Part shown: positions 20,107 to 31,406 of the stretch, in pieces
Numbering within the stretch: the stretch's first letter is position 1
Layout: the number at the start of each line of letters is the position of its first letter
Source: Candidatus Heimdallarchaeota archaeon
GTDB taxonomy: Archaea > Asgardarchaeota > Heimdallarchaeia > JABLTI01
NCBI GenBank assembly: GCA_019058275.1
Contig: JAHLVW010000103.1
Span: 1-64,000, forward strand
Length of the DNA: 64,000 bases
Reading direction: 5' to 3'
Program-made: the position numbers and the translations under genes
The notes under the pieces: model-generated
Database searches by the model: none
Told to the model about the DNA's origin: nothing
What the model saw: the letters and a program-made list of their open reading frames with translations, nothing else

Positions 20107-21513
20107 TTGGGTGTGTTTAATTTGAGTTGTATCATTATTAGAAATGGTTTGATTGTAACAGATACCAAACAGTATAAAGCTGATATCAAAATCATTGGGG
20201 AAAAAATTGTTGAAATTAGTCCTAATCTGCCAAAATCAAAGGAAGATCTCCTAGAGATAGATGCAAAGGACATGTTAATTTTGCCAGGAGGGATAGATCC
20301 ACATGTTCATCTCTCGCTACCAGATTATGTTCCAGAAATTTATCGGTGGGCAGACGATTTCGAGAGTGGTTCTAAAGCTGCCCTTGCAGGGGGAATAACA
20401 AGTTTAGGTTGCATTTCTGTTCCAGATAAGGAAGAATCTTTAGTAGGAATAATTGAACGAGAATCAAAAAATATACAGAAGCAAGCTATCGCTGATGTAA
20501 TGATTCATCCCGTGCTTTTTACACCAACCGAAGAGAAACTAAAGGAAATCCCTAAACTTGCAGAACAAGGTTGTACTACTATCAAAATATTCATGGTAAC
20601 AGATGATTACGATAAGCATTCATTGGAATATCAAAAAGCAATCCAAGCAGCAGGAGATGCTGGAATGCTTTCAATGATTCATTGTGAGGATAATTCAATT
20701 ATTAAAGAAACTTGTGAGAAAATGATTGCTGAAGATCGAGGATCATTAGTTAACTACGCTGACAGTAGAACCGTTCATTCTGAAGTAATTGCTACTAAAG
20801 GAGCAGTAGCAATGTGTGAGACAACTGGTGCACCAATTTACATTGTTCACTTATCCTCTAAAGGAGCCTTAAAAGTCTGTGAAGAAGCACAAGCAAAATC
20901 ATTGCCCGTTTATGTTGAAGGTAGACCTATTTTCTTGTATCTTACTCGAGAAAAATACCTTGAACCTGAAGGAGCATTGTATGTTGTTCAACCTCCTCTT
21001 CGTGAGGTGAGTGATGTATCTGCTCTCTGGGAAGGCATAAACAAAGGATCGGTTCATACAATTGCTACAGACCATGCTCCCCATACTCGAGAGCAAAAAC
21101 TTGATCCTTCACTGAATGTTTCCAATCTAGTGCCAGGAATAAATGAACTGCAATTAATGCTACCCATGTTCCACTCAAGAGCAGTAGTCAAGAGTAAGAT
21201 TTCAATAGAGCAGTTTGTAGCTTTAACATCAACGAATGTTGCTAAACTATTCGGTCTTTATCCCCGAAAAGGAACTATTCAAGTTGGTTCGGATGCTGAT
21301 ATAGCAATCTGGGATACTAAAAAGGAACGAATAATAAAAAATGAGGATATGTTCTCAAAAGCTGGTTTTTCAATCTATGAAGGTGAAAAAGTAACTGGTT
21401 GGCCACAGATATTAACTCGACGAGGTAAGATCGTTTATGAGAAAGGAAAATTCCTAGCTGAACCAGGTTCAGGGCAAGTTCTTCAGCGAGCTAAAACACA
21501 AAAACCAAACTAA
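20107..21513 (+). CDS. hydA: Dihydropyrimidinase/hydantoinase (cyclic amidohydrolase)
   Basis: PGGIDPHVH, KIFM, HCED, IVHLS, PPLR, TDHAP and GSDAD motifs. Confidence 0.85.
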   Translation: MGVFNLSCIIIRNGLIVTDTKQYKADIKIIGEKIVEISPNLPKSKEDLLEIDAKDMLILPGGIDPHVHLSLPDYVPEIYRWADDFESGSKAALAGGITSLGCISVPDKEESLVGIIERESKNIQKQAIADVMIHPVLFTPTEEKLKEIPKLAEQGCTTIKIFMVTDDYDKHSLEYQKAIQAAGDAGMLSMIHCEDNSIIKETCEKMIAEDRGSLVNYADSRTVHSEVIATKGAVAMCETTGAPIYIVHLSSKGALKVCEEAQAKSLPVYVEGRPIFLYLTREKYLEPEGALYVVQPPLREVSDVSALWEGINKGSVHTIATDHAPHTREQKLDPSLNVSNLVPGINELQLMLPMFHSRAVVKSKISIEQFVALTSTNVAKLFGLYPRKGTIQVGSDADIAIWDTKKERIIKNEDMFSKAGFSIYEGEKVTGWPQILTRRGKIVYEKGKFLAEPGSGQVLQRAKTQKPN

Positions 21514-21539
21514 ACAGGCAGGTTCTAATTGCTTTCATC

Positions 21540-22019
21540 TCAAGATTCATTTGTGCAATAATAATATCTTTTACATCCCCTTCTTTCGATGTAAATAAAA
21601 TCTTCATCTTCTAGAATAATTAGATGGTATGCAATAGTGCTTTGCGAGATAGGGACGAGTTTCCCTATCTCACCTTGCGTTATTCCTAGTTTTTGGCATA
21701 CACTATCAAAAATTTGCTGTCGCGATTTGGACTTAAACAACCTTGATTCATCAACTGATGTGGTGTTATTGACGATTACTCCATCATTTGGGTAAAACAT
21801 CAAATATTGTTTTGATTTTACCTTCTTGATCATATCAAATCGCTCGAGATATGATATATGCCAATGGGCTTGACCATTTCCTAGATTCAATTTCTCCACT
21901 ATTTCACTATAATGAATTCCCGGACGAGATTTTATAAGAGCATAAATTCTTGTTCTATTATAATTATTTAAGACGTTGTTCTGTGTGATAGTTGAATTAA
22001 TCGCTCCTAAAATGCTCAT
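21540..22019 (-). CDS. Tandem winged-HTH regulator domain; probably the C-terminal part of a frameshifted membrane-bound regulator
   Basis: RTRIYALIKSRPGIHYSEI and SQSTIAYHL helices. Hydrophobic broken-frame fragments lie upstream (22174-22401). Confidence 0.7.
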   Translation of the reverse strand: MSILGAINSTITQNNVLNNYNRTRIYALIKSRPGIHYSEIVEKLNLGNGQAHWHISYLERFDMIKKVKSKQYLMFYPNDGVIVNNTTSVDESRLFKSKSRQQIFDSVCQKLGITQGEIGKLVPISQSTIAYHLIILEDEDFIYIERRGCKRYYYCTNES

Positions 22020-22811
22020 TAATAATAAACAGATGGCAATAATGAATGAAGTGAAATTTATCTTCCTTTCATAACTTTCTGCGAAAATATCTCGAGAGCT
22101 CTATTGTGTAAAACCAGTCCATATGGTTAAAGCTAATGTAAGCAGGAAGATGAATCCCCATAATAGCCATCTTTTATTCTTCAACATACATGTCATAACC
22201 TTTCTTCATTGGTACACTTATTTGATGATTTTTCTTTTTTATTGATAAGATGACGTAATTAGCAATTTCAAATATACGATCACCTATAGTTAGTAATGCA
22301 ATCATGTGAATAAGAACGATAGTATTTGTTGTATAATACGTGAAACAGCGTAAATTTGTAATTGGACTCAAGAATATTGAAATTTGTAAGATGATGATCA
22401 TTAAATCTAAAATGAATTTAGCTGTTCTTGTTTTGGGAAGGAATGCTATTATTAAGTAAATAATAGAATTGCTGCTGTAAGGTATTGGATTACATTAATG
22501 ATATTAAAATCATAGTAGTAAAATGGTTCTATCAAGCAATCGAATAAATAAACAGGTTTAATAGACGCTATTATAATATTAACAATTAAAATCACTAAAC
22601 TATGTAAATTACTTCTAATTTTCAATCATATATTTGTCATTGCTATCAAATTAATAGCTGTTGACTATTTAATAAAGGCTTGAGGGAATCTTTTCGATAA
22701 TTCAATTACGTTAGTTAGCTTAATGAAAAGTACAAACCAATCATTATTAATTCAATATATTATTAAGCAAACATTATATGTTTCTATTATTGTTCTTAAT
22801 TCATTGGTGAG

Positions 22812-23753
22812 ATGATGAATATCCTTGTTACTGGTTCATTTGGACAAATAGGTTCCAAAGTTCTCAAGAATTTATCACAAACAAATCATAATATTTGTTG
22901 TTTTGATCTTAAGAATAAGCAAACAAAAAAAGTTGCCAGAAATTATAAGAATAGATTTAAAATTTTTTGGGGTGATATTAGAGATAAAAATAGACTAGCA
23001 CAAGTTGTTATCAATCAAGATTTAATTATCCTTTTAGCTTTTCATCTTCCTCCAATAAATGATGCTAATCTGTCTTTTGCTCGAGAGGTTAACATTACTG
23101 GGATTGAAAATTTAATTGAACTAGCTAAAAAGCAATCTGTTCCCCCGAAGATCATCTTTGCATCATCAGTTTCAATTTATGGTGAGGTTCGTAGTAAACC
23201 ACAGCTGATTAGTGTTGATGCAGAACCAAATCCCGTTGATTATTACGCAAAACATAAAGTAGAATGTATGAATATTCTCAAGAAATCAGCCTTAACCTAT
23301 TCAATTTTTATTCTAGGTTTTATTCCACCAATTGATAGTCTGAGAATTGATCCAATGATGTTTGAGATGCCTTTAGATACTAATATTGAGCTACTTCATG
23401 AGAAAGATGTTGCATTAGCCTTTGAAAATGCCATATCCAATGATGCTATTTGGAAAAAAACCTTTCATATAGCTGGGGGAGAAAAATGTCGTTTGAAATA
23501 TTCAGATTTTATTGATCAATCAATGAATACTATGGGACTTGGTATATTACCAAAAGAAGCATTTGGTGGTCAAAACTACCATAGTTGTTTTATGAGTACA
23601 GAGAGAAGTCAAACCATTCTGAATTATCAGCACAACACTACTCAAGACATTCTTAATGATATGAAAGAAGCTAACGAAGCAATTATTGTATTGGTTAAGA
23701 CATTCAGACCGTTAATTAGGAGATATTTAATCAAACAATCTCCGTACATCTGA
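22812..23753 (+). CDS. NAD-dependent epimerase/dehydratase (extended SDR)
   Basis: TGSFGQIG and YAKHK motifs; paralog of 33442-34431. Confidence 0.88.
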   Translation: MMNILVTGSFGQIGSKVLKNLSQTNHNICCFDLKNKQTKKVARNYKNRFKIFWGDIRDKNRLAQVVINQDLIILLAFHLPPINDANLSFAREVNITGIENLIELAKKQSVPPKIIFASSVSIYGEVRSKPQLISVDAEPNPVDYYAKHKVECMNILKKSALTYSIFILGFIPPIDSLRIDPMMFEMPLDTNIELLHEKDVALAFENAISNDAIWKKTFHIAGGEKCRLKYSDFIDQSMNTMGLGILPKEAFGGQNYHSCFMSTERSQTILNYQHNTTQDILNDMKEANEAIIVLVKTFRPLIRRYLIKQSPYI

Positions 23754-23819
23754 TAAAAGGAAATCTGATGTAAATATCATTATGTTTATCTATGAAATCC
23801 TATCTTATGAATTTGTAAA

Positions 23820-25229
23820 ATGAACAAGAGAAATTTTCTATTTGTTATTGTGATTCTCACAATTATTTCTATTAGTATTAAAGACAATACTTTGCTTAAC
23901 ACTAATTCATTCACTGAAGGTATTATTACTTATGTTTATGATCCATATAAAACAGAAGAGAATCCACTGCGTGGTTTCTTTCCATACATTGGGGAGTATG
24001 ACTCATTTCCTTATTCCTTGGAGTTCTTTTATATTCCATTAAAGAATCTCATGTCTGACTTCGACACATATACTTTTGATTTGATGCTCGAGTCTAATTT
24101 AGATGAAATTGCAGAGAGGGGTCATCAAGCAGTTTTCAGAGTTTTTCTTGATTATCCTGAAGAACCTACTGGTATACCTGATTTTCTACTAAATGGATTA
24201 ACCATCTATCAATATGATGAATTTGGAGGTGGAATAAGTCCAGACTACACAAATGAAACACTTATTTCAACACTAGAATCCTTTATACAGGAATTTGGCA
24301 AACAATACGATGGAGATAATAGAATCGGATTCGTTCAAATTGGTCTACTAGGTCACTGGGGAGAATGACATACCTATCCTCATGAAGATTGGTTTCTGAA
24401 TGAAGCAATCCAGAATCGTATTCTTTAAACTTTTGATATGCATTCAACAGAACGAAAATTCTTGTAAGACACTCAATGACTGATAGTCCTGATTTAGATA
24501 TTGGTTATCATGATGACTCTTTTGCTTATGAAACAATAGGTTCTGAACCCTGGGAGTTTTACAACCAATTAGTTACAGCAAATGTTGCTAAAAAATGGAA
24601 AACACAATCTAATGGAGGTGAAGTTAGACCAGAAATACAAACAGATCTTTGGGATGTAATACCCCCCTTAGATGCGCAGGATTTTGATATTGTGTAAATC
24701 TAACCCACGTTTCTTGGTTATTAGATTATGATCAGTTTGAAGCTTCTTTTAGTGATCGCAAAATGGAAAAAGCACGAGAAGCTGCTTTGACATTAGGTTA
24801 TCAATTCTTTATACCTATGATTGAAGCAAAAGAAACAACTTCTACACTCGAGATAACTGTACTACTTCAAAATACTGGCAATGCCCCATTTTATTATCCT
24901 CTCAAGCTAAAAGCTGGTATAGATAATGACTATTCCGAAATAGTGAATTTTACCACTTCAATTACTGATATCTCACTTTTACAAAATGAAATGAAGAATT
25001 ATAGTTTAAATTTACCATTAGATGCTTATGATAATGTAAGCGATATATCATTCAAATTGACAAGCTCATATGTTAATAGACTGGTTTTTTTTGCTAATGG
25101 TGAGTAAATCTAGATGGCTCTCTTGATTTAATACCTGAACCTATAACCAATGAAACTGGACTTAAATTGATGATATCTTTATGTCTAGGGATTTCTGTTT
25201 TACTAATCATTTGGAAGAGAAAAGAGTAA
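23820..25229 (+). pseudogene. Secreted DUF4832/DUF4874-like glycoside hydrolase, multiply disrupted
   Basis: ENPLRG, GLLGHWGE*H, GYHDDSF, GGEVRP, LGY and NTGNAPFYY motifs in successive fragments. TGA at 24366, TAA near 24427 and several frameshifts. C-terminal TM anchor. Confidence 0.8.
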
Positions 25230-25301
25230 AGCTTGCTATGGGTTTAATCGACAATAATTAATAGGTGAAATTTTTTAAAATGGTAATCTTATCTGTTTCT
25301 T

Positions 25302-26027
25302 GTGGTTGAGATGGATTCGACTATAAATGAATATGAAGAAGTACGAGTAGTAAAAGTAGATGATCGAACTACGGTATATCAGAAAACTCTTCGCTATCTA
25401 TACCGATTATTTCTACCTTTGATGTTCTCAACATTGATTTTGGCTTGGGCATTATATCCAGAACGCTATGATTGGAGATATGAATATGTTAGTGATCTTG
25501 GTGGGTTAACTTCGAAACAAGAAGGTCTCAACAATATTGTTGCTTCTCGAGTTATGAGTATAGGTTTTGCATTAGTTGCTGCTATAGCATTAACAATTGC
25601 GATAATTTACTTCATCAATAAAGAAGTCATTAAATGGCGAAGAATCATGTTAGGTATATTTAATCTGTTAATTACTATAGGTGCTGCAGGAGTGGGTATA
25701 CCAACAAAACATCCTGTAATTGGTAGATTTCATCAAATTGGAGCGATGATCTTTCTATTCATGTTTGCTATAACAAATATGTCTTTACAAGGAACACGAT
25801 CAAGGAGCAAATTTAAGCGAAGATCTGAAGAAAAGAAAACCGATTTTACAATTGATATTACAATAGCAGCTTTAGTTCTATTCGCATTCCTATTACTATG
25901 TGTTTTCTATATAGTTGATGAATGGTTAGGAATTGCTGCATTAAGTTCATCTGCTGAGGTTATGCAAAAAGTGGTTCTTATTGTAGACTCTATTGCTATC
26001 TATCGTCTAGATGTCGATGATATGTAA
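25302..26027 (+). CDS. DUF998/Frag1-like membrane protein
   Basis: YxW...VSDLG and a conserved His before a TM helix; about 6 TMs. Confidence 0.6.
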   Translation: MVEMDSTINEYEEVRVVKVDDRTTVYQKTLRYLYRLFLPLMFSTLILAWALYPERYDWRYEYVSDLGGLTSKQEGLNNIVASRVMSIGFALVAAIALTIAIIYFINKEVIKWRRIMLGIFNLLITIGAAGVGIPTKHPVIGRFHQIGAMIFLFMFAITNMSLQGTRSRSKFKRRSEEKKTDFTIDITIAALVLFAFLLLCVFYIVDEWLGIAALSSSAEVMQKVVLIVDSIAIYRLDVDDM

Positions 26028-26057
26028 GTTGTCAACACTTAGATTAACGAAACAAAA

Positions 26058-26090
26058 AAACCAACTGAAATAGTTGGTTTATCTTTTTTT
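26058..26090 (+). terminator. Hairpin plus T-tract
   Basis: AAACCAACT-GAAAT-AGTTGGTTT followed by a T7 run, 30 nt after the stop of 25302-26027. Confidence 0.45.
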
Positions 26091-26150
26091 ACTCATCAAT
26101 CCTGGTTAATTGGAAAAGGAATAAAAGTAAGATTCACACTATCAGAGATT

Positions 26151-26714
26151 ATGCCATTTACTCCATTTCACCTAGGATTTGGTATCTTTCTGTTTGCCCT
26201 CTGTCCTTATATCGATGCATTCGCAATTCTAATTGGGACGGTTTTCATTGATATTGAAGGCATACTCTATATGTTATTTGCGATTGGAGTACAACATGGG
26301 TATACGCATAGTCTATTGGGTGTGATGATCTATCTAATTCCTTGTTCAGTCTTCAGCTGGTTAATTTATAAAATCAATCAAAAAATAACCAACAGAGAAT
26401 ACAAATTTAATATTCCTCTCTCATTGCTTTCAAGTTTCATAGGGTTAGTGTCTCATATTTTCTTTGATGGTTGTTTGTATCCTGAAATGAAAATATTATA
26501 CCCTTTCTCTACACAAACAGGTCATCTCTTTGGCATCATGAATAACACTACTATTGTTATTCTTCTCTCATCTTTATTTGCTGCTGGTGTTTTTATTTTA
26601 GTTGTTAAAATTCTATTAAGATATAGATTCAAAAAGAATATTTTAATTTCCTATAATTTCCCATTACAAACTAAATCTAAAGAAAAGGAGCTTGATGAAA
26701 CACCTATTCTTTAG
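26151..26714 (+). CDS. Membrane-bound metal-dependent hydrolase (YdjM/DUF4184-like)
   Basis: MPFTPFH, DIE, HGYTHS and SHIFFD motifs. Confidence 0.8.
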   Translation: MPFTPFHLGFGIFLFALCPYIDAFAILIGTVFIDIEGILYMLFAIGVQHGYTHSLLGVMIYLIPCSVFSWLIYKINQKITNREYKFNIPLSLLSSFIGLVSHIFFDGCLYPEMKILYPFSTQTGHLFGIMNNTTIVILLSSLFAAGVFILVVKILLRYRFKKNILISYNFPLQTKSKEKELDETPIL

Positions 26715-28791
26715 ATTTTTTCTTACTTAGCAGAAAAATAGTTGTAATAATACAAAGGGTAATTGGAAGTATAACCATATAAAATGATATACGGTCTGTT
26801 GGTGTATCCATCAGAATAATAAAACTAAATGATCCTGTTCCTGTATAAGAACCAAATCCAAAAACATACAAGTGGTCTTCAACTAAATTTATTTGGTAAG
26901 TGTAGTTTTCTCCAGGAATGCCATACAGAAAGTCAACAATTAAACGGTTTTGCTGATTTATTACTGATACTTCTAAACCAACAGGCCAAGAGCTATTTAT
27001 CATTAGAGTATAGTTGCCTGGTTCAAGAAAAATCGAATAGTAATTATGAACTGTTTTGGGTGGAATTAACCCTACAGCAGGTGGAAATTCTCCGGTAATC
27101 TCTTGATTAACTTCAATTGTTTTTGTTCTAGAAAGCGAGATTTCCAATATACCAGTTGCATTTCCTAAAGATGAAATGAAAATGTAACAGATTCCTGGAT
27201 TGAACCAATGTATTATCTGTTCTATATTACCTTGCTCAGGATTTACAACATTCGAATACATGAAATCCGTTTCAAATGTTTCACTACTGAAGCCATTTTC
27301 AAGGTAGAAACCAATATCACCACTTGTAACCTCAATTGTGAAATTATATATCCCTTTCATATCTGCCTGAAAAACAAAAACGCTTCTTTGTTTACCATTT
27401 AATTCTAAATTGTATTTTCTATTCATTCTTAGAAAATAGATATCATGTATTTCTGATGGAATTATTGGTGCACTTTGTAAATAATTTATCAAAAAATCAT
27501 CCCATTGTGTATCATTCAGAAAATCCAAATCATTTAAATCACCTGTGAGCGAGTCATTTACGTATTGTTCCCAATAACTCAATGATTGATTGTCTATTGG
27601 GAAAAAAATTTCTAAACCAGTTTTCTCTTGAGAACTTCTCGAATTAAAGTTATGCAATACTGAGTTGGAATATTCTGCATCTAATTCATTCAATATACTT
27701 AAGATTTTTTGATTCTCATAGAATTCGGTTTTCATAGTATTTATCATTGTTCCTAAATCTACAACTGAATTAGATAAACCTTCAATAGATTGACGAATGT
27801 TTGAGATATTTTTGGATTCGGAGGGGAGCAAGTTAGATAATTCAACGCTAAGATTTGTAAGCGAATCAACTAGAGTTGGAAGGGATGTACAATTTATTAC
27901 ACTAAAAGTCTGAAAAGTGCAATAAGTGTAAACCTCCATATATGTTCTACCAAATACTTCGCCTAATTCCCATGGTTGCATTGATGGATTGGCAATTAAT
28001 TCCTCTATTACAGCTTGATAATTTAAGGATTCAATTAACATTTGATTTTGTGAGGATGCAAAATAATCTGTAAATGATCGCCACTCATAAGCAATTTCTA
28101 GAAATCCCATACTACAGGCTTCAGTTACTACTAGATCTACATGTAGTCCATTCATTGCATTCTGTAATTCATTTGGTGTTATATAATCACGATTTGATGA
28201 ATAATCCCAACTTATGCCGGATAATCCTTTACCATGATTGAATATTATTAATGCTTGTTTCTCAGCTGAAAATCGTCCTTGTGTCCAATGAACAAATTGC
28301 CTTAAAGTCGAACCATCTCCCATATTAACTTCGCCTAGTTCCATGAGTATTTTAGAACCAATAGTCATTGGATCATTATCTGGGAGAAGATGATAATACC
28401 TTGCGTTTGTCCAATCTCCTGCAGATCTATCATAATCGGGGATACGATCAATCATAATAATGACATCAACTTCGCTAGTCTGAGAATAACCAGATTCAAA
28501 TTCATTAAGAGCGTCTACTGCTGATAATTCGAATTCATTATCACCATCCAAGTAAACCATTAAGAGCCACTTACTGACATCAGAATTCGGTTCATGTAAA
28601 TAATCTTCATTTCTATTAGTAGTTTCAATTCGAGGAGGGTTATTATTAATTACAAGGTGAAAATTACTAAAAAACACTAGAGATATTAAAATGCCTATTT
28701 TTAGTTTTAGGCTGTTTCTCACATTGCCCCCCAATAATAATTGTCTCTTTATGGAATAAAATTTTTTGCTATTAAAGGTTAAATAGAGCAT
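26704..28791 (-). CDS. Clostripain-like cysteine peptidase (C11) with C-terminal beta domains and membrane anchor
   Basis: WLLMVYLDGDN, GEVNMGD, NHG (His) and EACSM (Cys); C-terminal TM and KKK. Confidence 0.88.
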   Translation of the reverse strand: MLYLTFNSKKFYSIKRQLLLGGNVRNSLKLKIGILISLVFFSNFHLVINNNPPRIETTNRNEDYLHEPNSDVSKWLLMVYLDGDNEFELSAVDALNEFESGYSQTSEVDVIIMIDRIPDYDRSAGDWTNARYYHLLPDNDPMTIGSKILMELGEVNMGDGSTLRQFVHWTQGRFSAEKQALIIFNHGKGLSGISWDYSSNRDYITPNELQNAMNGLHVDLVVTEACSMGFLEIAYEWRSFTDYFASSQNQMLIESLNYQAVIEELIANPSMQPWELGEVFGRTYMEVYTYCTFQTFSVINCTSLPTLVDSLTNLSVELSNLLPSESKNISNIRQSIEGLSNSVVDLGTMINTMKTEFYENQKILSILNELDAEYSNSVLHNFNSRSSQEKTGLEIFFPIDNQSLSYWEQYVNDSLTGDLNDLDFLNDTQWDDFLINYLQSAPIIPSEIHDIYFLRMNRKYNLELNGKQRSVFVFQADMKGIYNFTIEVTSGDIGFYLENGFSSETFETDFMYSNVVNPEQGNIEQIIHWFNPGICYIFISSLGNATGILEISLSRTKTIEVNQEITGEFPPAVGLIPPKTVHNYYSIFLEPGNYTLMINSSWPVGLEVSVINQQNRLIVDFLYGIPGENYTYQINLVEDHLYVFGFGSYTGTGSFSFIILMDTPTDRISFYMVILPITLCIITTIFLLSKKKSKE

Positions 28792-29186
28792 AATTGGGGT
28801 ATACTAGATTAGTAATGTTGATGATGAACTAATAGTATAAAATGGTGAAGAGTCAAGGGAAGATTTTGATCATTTTGGCAATAAGAATCCTATTAATCTC
28901 GAACAATGATGCTTCTGATCAAATATTCAGGTTTGAATGTCATAACTATCTGCGGATTCTCCAATGATAAATATTTTCAATAGACAAGTTTTCTTTCCAA
29001 CCTAATATACTAAAAGAATATGTTTATAAAGCAATACTTAAACTGTTCTAGTGTATACATAGATGAAACATGAGATATGAAGCGAAATTTTTAGTAATTA
29101 ACTTAAGTTATAAGTACGATTTCTTGAAATTAACTTTTTGCTTATTGTTTGTTTTTGTATAACAAAATATTCGGTGAAAATATAAA

Positions 29187-29345
29187 ATGAGTAGATACGG
29201 TAACTACGACAGACCACCAAGAGAAATGCACGCAGTAACTTGTGCAGACTGTGGTAAAGAAACAGAAGTTCCTTTCAAACCAGATGGTGAACGACCTGTA
29301 TACTGTCAAGAATGTTACAGAAAACGAAAGCCAAGAAGATATTAG
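29187..29345 (+). CDS. 52-aa CxxC-x17-CxxC zinc-ribbon protein (missing from ORF track)
   Basis: Manual translation MSRYGNYDRPPREMHAVTCADCGKETEVPFKPDGERPVYCQECYRKRKPRRY; GGTGA upstream. Confidence 0.92.
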   Translation: MSRYGNYDRPPREMHAVTCADCGKETEVPFKPDGERPVYCQECYRKRKPRRY

Positions 29346-29491
29346 TGATAGTATCTTTCATCTATATTATCTAGTTGAATTATAACTTTCGTTTTTTATG
29401 TTATTATTCAATCTAGTTTTTTTTTATTTTATCTATTCAAGTTGAGATTCTTTTATGCATCCATTTCGTGAAAAGTATGTGACTATAACGA

Positions 29492-30469
29492 TCACTGTTT
29501 CTTCTTACCAATTCTTGAAACAATTCGATATACTATTAGAGTAAAAAAACTCGATATGATTACAATAGGATATATAATATTGTTATTACTCGTTAACTCA
29601 ATTTCTTGATCTATAACTAAGTGAGTTCCAACACACCCTTCACCATAGTTATCTTGATAATTTTCTTCAATATAATCCCTAATCTGATTACCACAACAAT
29701 GAATTGGATAGATTTTATCAACTCCTAGATCTATGAGCTTTGTAGCAGTATTGCTTATCACATCGGTACTTGCATAATCAAGGTGAAAACCACCAATCAC
29801 CAAATAGGGATCAACTTCGAGGTCTTCAATAGCTTTAGCAACAATATTTTCAACACCTGGATGACTACAGCCAACAACGACGACTAGGTCAACATTGGCA
29901 ACATTTACCGTTAAAGCATGTTCATATGGAGGTCCTCTGAGTTCTCCAACTAGAGCTATTCCAGGAGAAAGGATAGTTGTCAAATGATTATCAACAACAT
30001 CAAATCCTAGATCTTCAATCCCCGTTTTTACAAAACTATCCATAAAGTGAGGGACATAAACAGTTATGTTGGGGTGGGTTTCGACCATATATGATAAACC
30101 TCCCACATGGTCCCAATGTTCGTGTGAAATAACAATATAGTCAACTAAACTGAGATCCTTACCTAATACATTAGCATTGTTCCTTAAAGCATCAGGATCA
30201 GGTCCAGTATCCACTAGTATAGTTTGATTATTTGTCTCTACAAGCATTGAAACACCCCAAGGAGCTTGAAGAGTACCATTTGCATAGTTATCAACTAAAA
30301 CAGTTATTTCAACAGAATCAACATGACCTATGTTTGATTCCAAGCTACAAACTTGCCAATTAGTATTTGTTGTTATTTGTAGAATTCCAATGAATGATAT
30401 AGAAATTACAATTAAAATCCAACTAGTAACCCGTTTTAATCCATTATAACTTAGACTCATAATACTCAA
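29492..30469 (-). CDS. MBL-fold metallo-hydrolase, secreted/anchored
   Basis: DTG, SHEHWDHVGG, GCSHPG, GGFH and HC motifs; N- and C-terminal TM. Confidence 0.88.
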   Translation of the reverse strand: MSIMSLSYNGLKRVTSWILIVISISFIGILQITTNTNWQVCSLESNIGHVDSVEITVLVDNYANGTLQAPWGVSMLVETNNQTILVDTGPDPDALRNNANVLGKDLSLVDYIVISHEHWDHVGGLSYMVETHPNITVYVPHFMDSFVKTGIEDLGFDVVDNHLTTILSPGIALVGELRGPPYEHALTVNVANVDLVVVVGCSHPGVENIVAKAIEDLEVDPYLVIGGFHLDYASTDVISNTATKLIDLGVDKIYPIHCCGNQIRDYIEENYQDNYGEGCVGTHLVIDQEIELTSNNNIIYPIVIISSFFTLIVYRIVSRIGKKKQ

Positions 30470-30578
30470 CCCTTAATTCCTACTTTCTCTTTTACTTTGA
30501 TTTATTAAAAAATTATGATAAGTCTAATTTACTTCATTGTTTTTTCAGAGTCTATTGAGTATCAATTAATTATGAATT

Positions 30579-31406
30579 TTAACTCGTAGCAAACCTGCAG
30601 TAACTCCAAACCAAGGAGTGATTCCTAGTAAGATTTATCCCATATATCATTTTAATGCAAGTGTGTCGTTTTTCAGGTGAATATTGTTTAAGTTCAGATT
30701 CTAGATACTCCGGAACAGTAATTGTTTTCGGACCAGATGAAAGATATTGATTAATTAAACTGAAAGCAGTTTCTTTATCATTTGCAATTAATGGACCTAT
30801 ACGTGAACCATCAGATATGGCATAGCCCTTATTCTTGATAAATGTCATATCCCACCCTTCGCGTTCTATTAGATAATCTAGTAATTTTGATCTGTTAAAT
30901 CCCATTGCTTCTTTATCCATTTTATAAATTCATGATGGTATCGAATCAGAAAGTCTCTCTACATTTTCATAAGTGGCATCATCTGGTTTTGTCAACTTAA
31001 GTATAAACGCATTGAATTCCTCTTTAAACCCGCATCTTCTATAGATACTATCAGCTCCTAGATTGGAGAATAATTCAATAGTAGGATTGTGTTTTTCTGC
31101 TTCTTCTAGCAATTTCTTGAAAATACTTGTACCAATCCCTCGCTTTCTTTGAGATAGTAAAACGCCTAAATAACCAATATATCAAGAACCAATTTGCTGT
31201 GTTTCACCGCCTAATCCAATAGCTTTTCCTTTTTCTTCAGCAACAAAAAATGAAGTAATATTCTTTTCTAATTCGTTTTTAAATCTACTTGCAACATTGA
31301 TTACCATTTCAGAATTGATTTTTTCCATTCCAAAGGAATTTAAAAAAACAATGGCTAATTCTTTGCAATCTGCTTTTTTTACAGGACAAATAACTATATT
31401 TGGCAT
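30579..31406 (-). pseudogene. GNAT acetyltransferase (YitH-like) interrupted by two in-frame TGA codons
   Basis: Three track ORFs share one frame. QRKRGIG lies between them. TGA at 31182-31184 and 30930-30932. Confidence 0.85.

Noticed and set aside
28850-29010. Possible methyltransferase remnant on the minus strand (EASLFEINRIL)
   Set aside because: Too short and broken to support.
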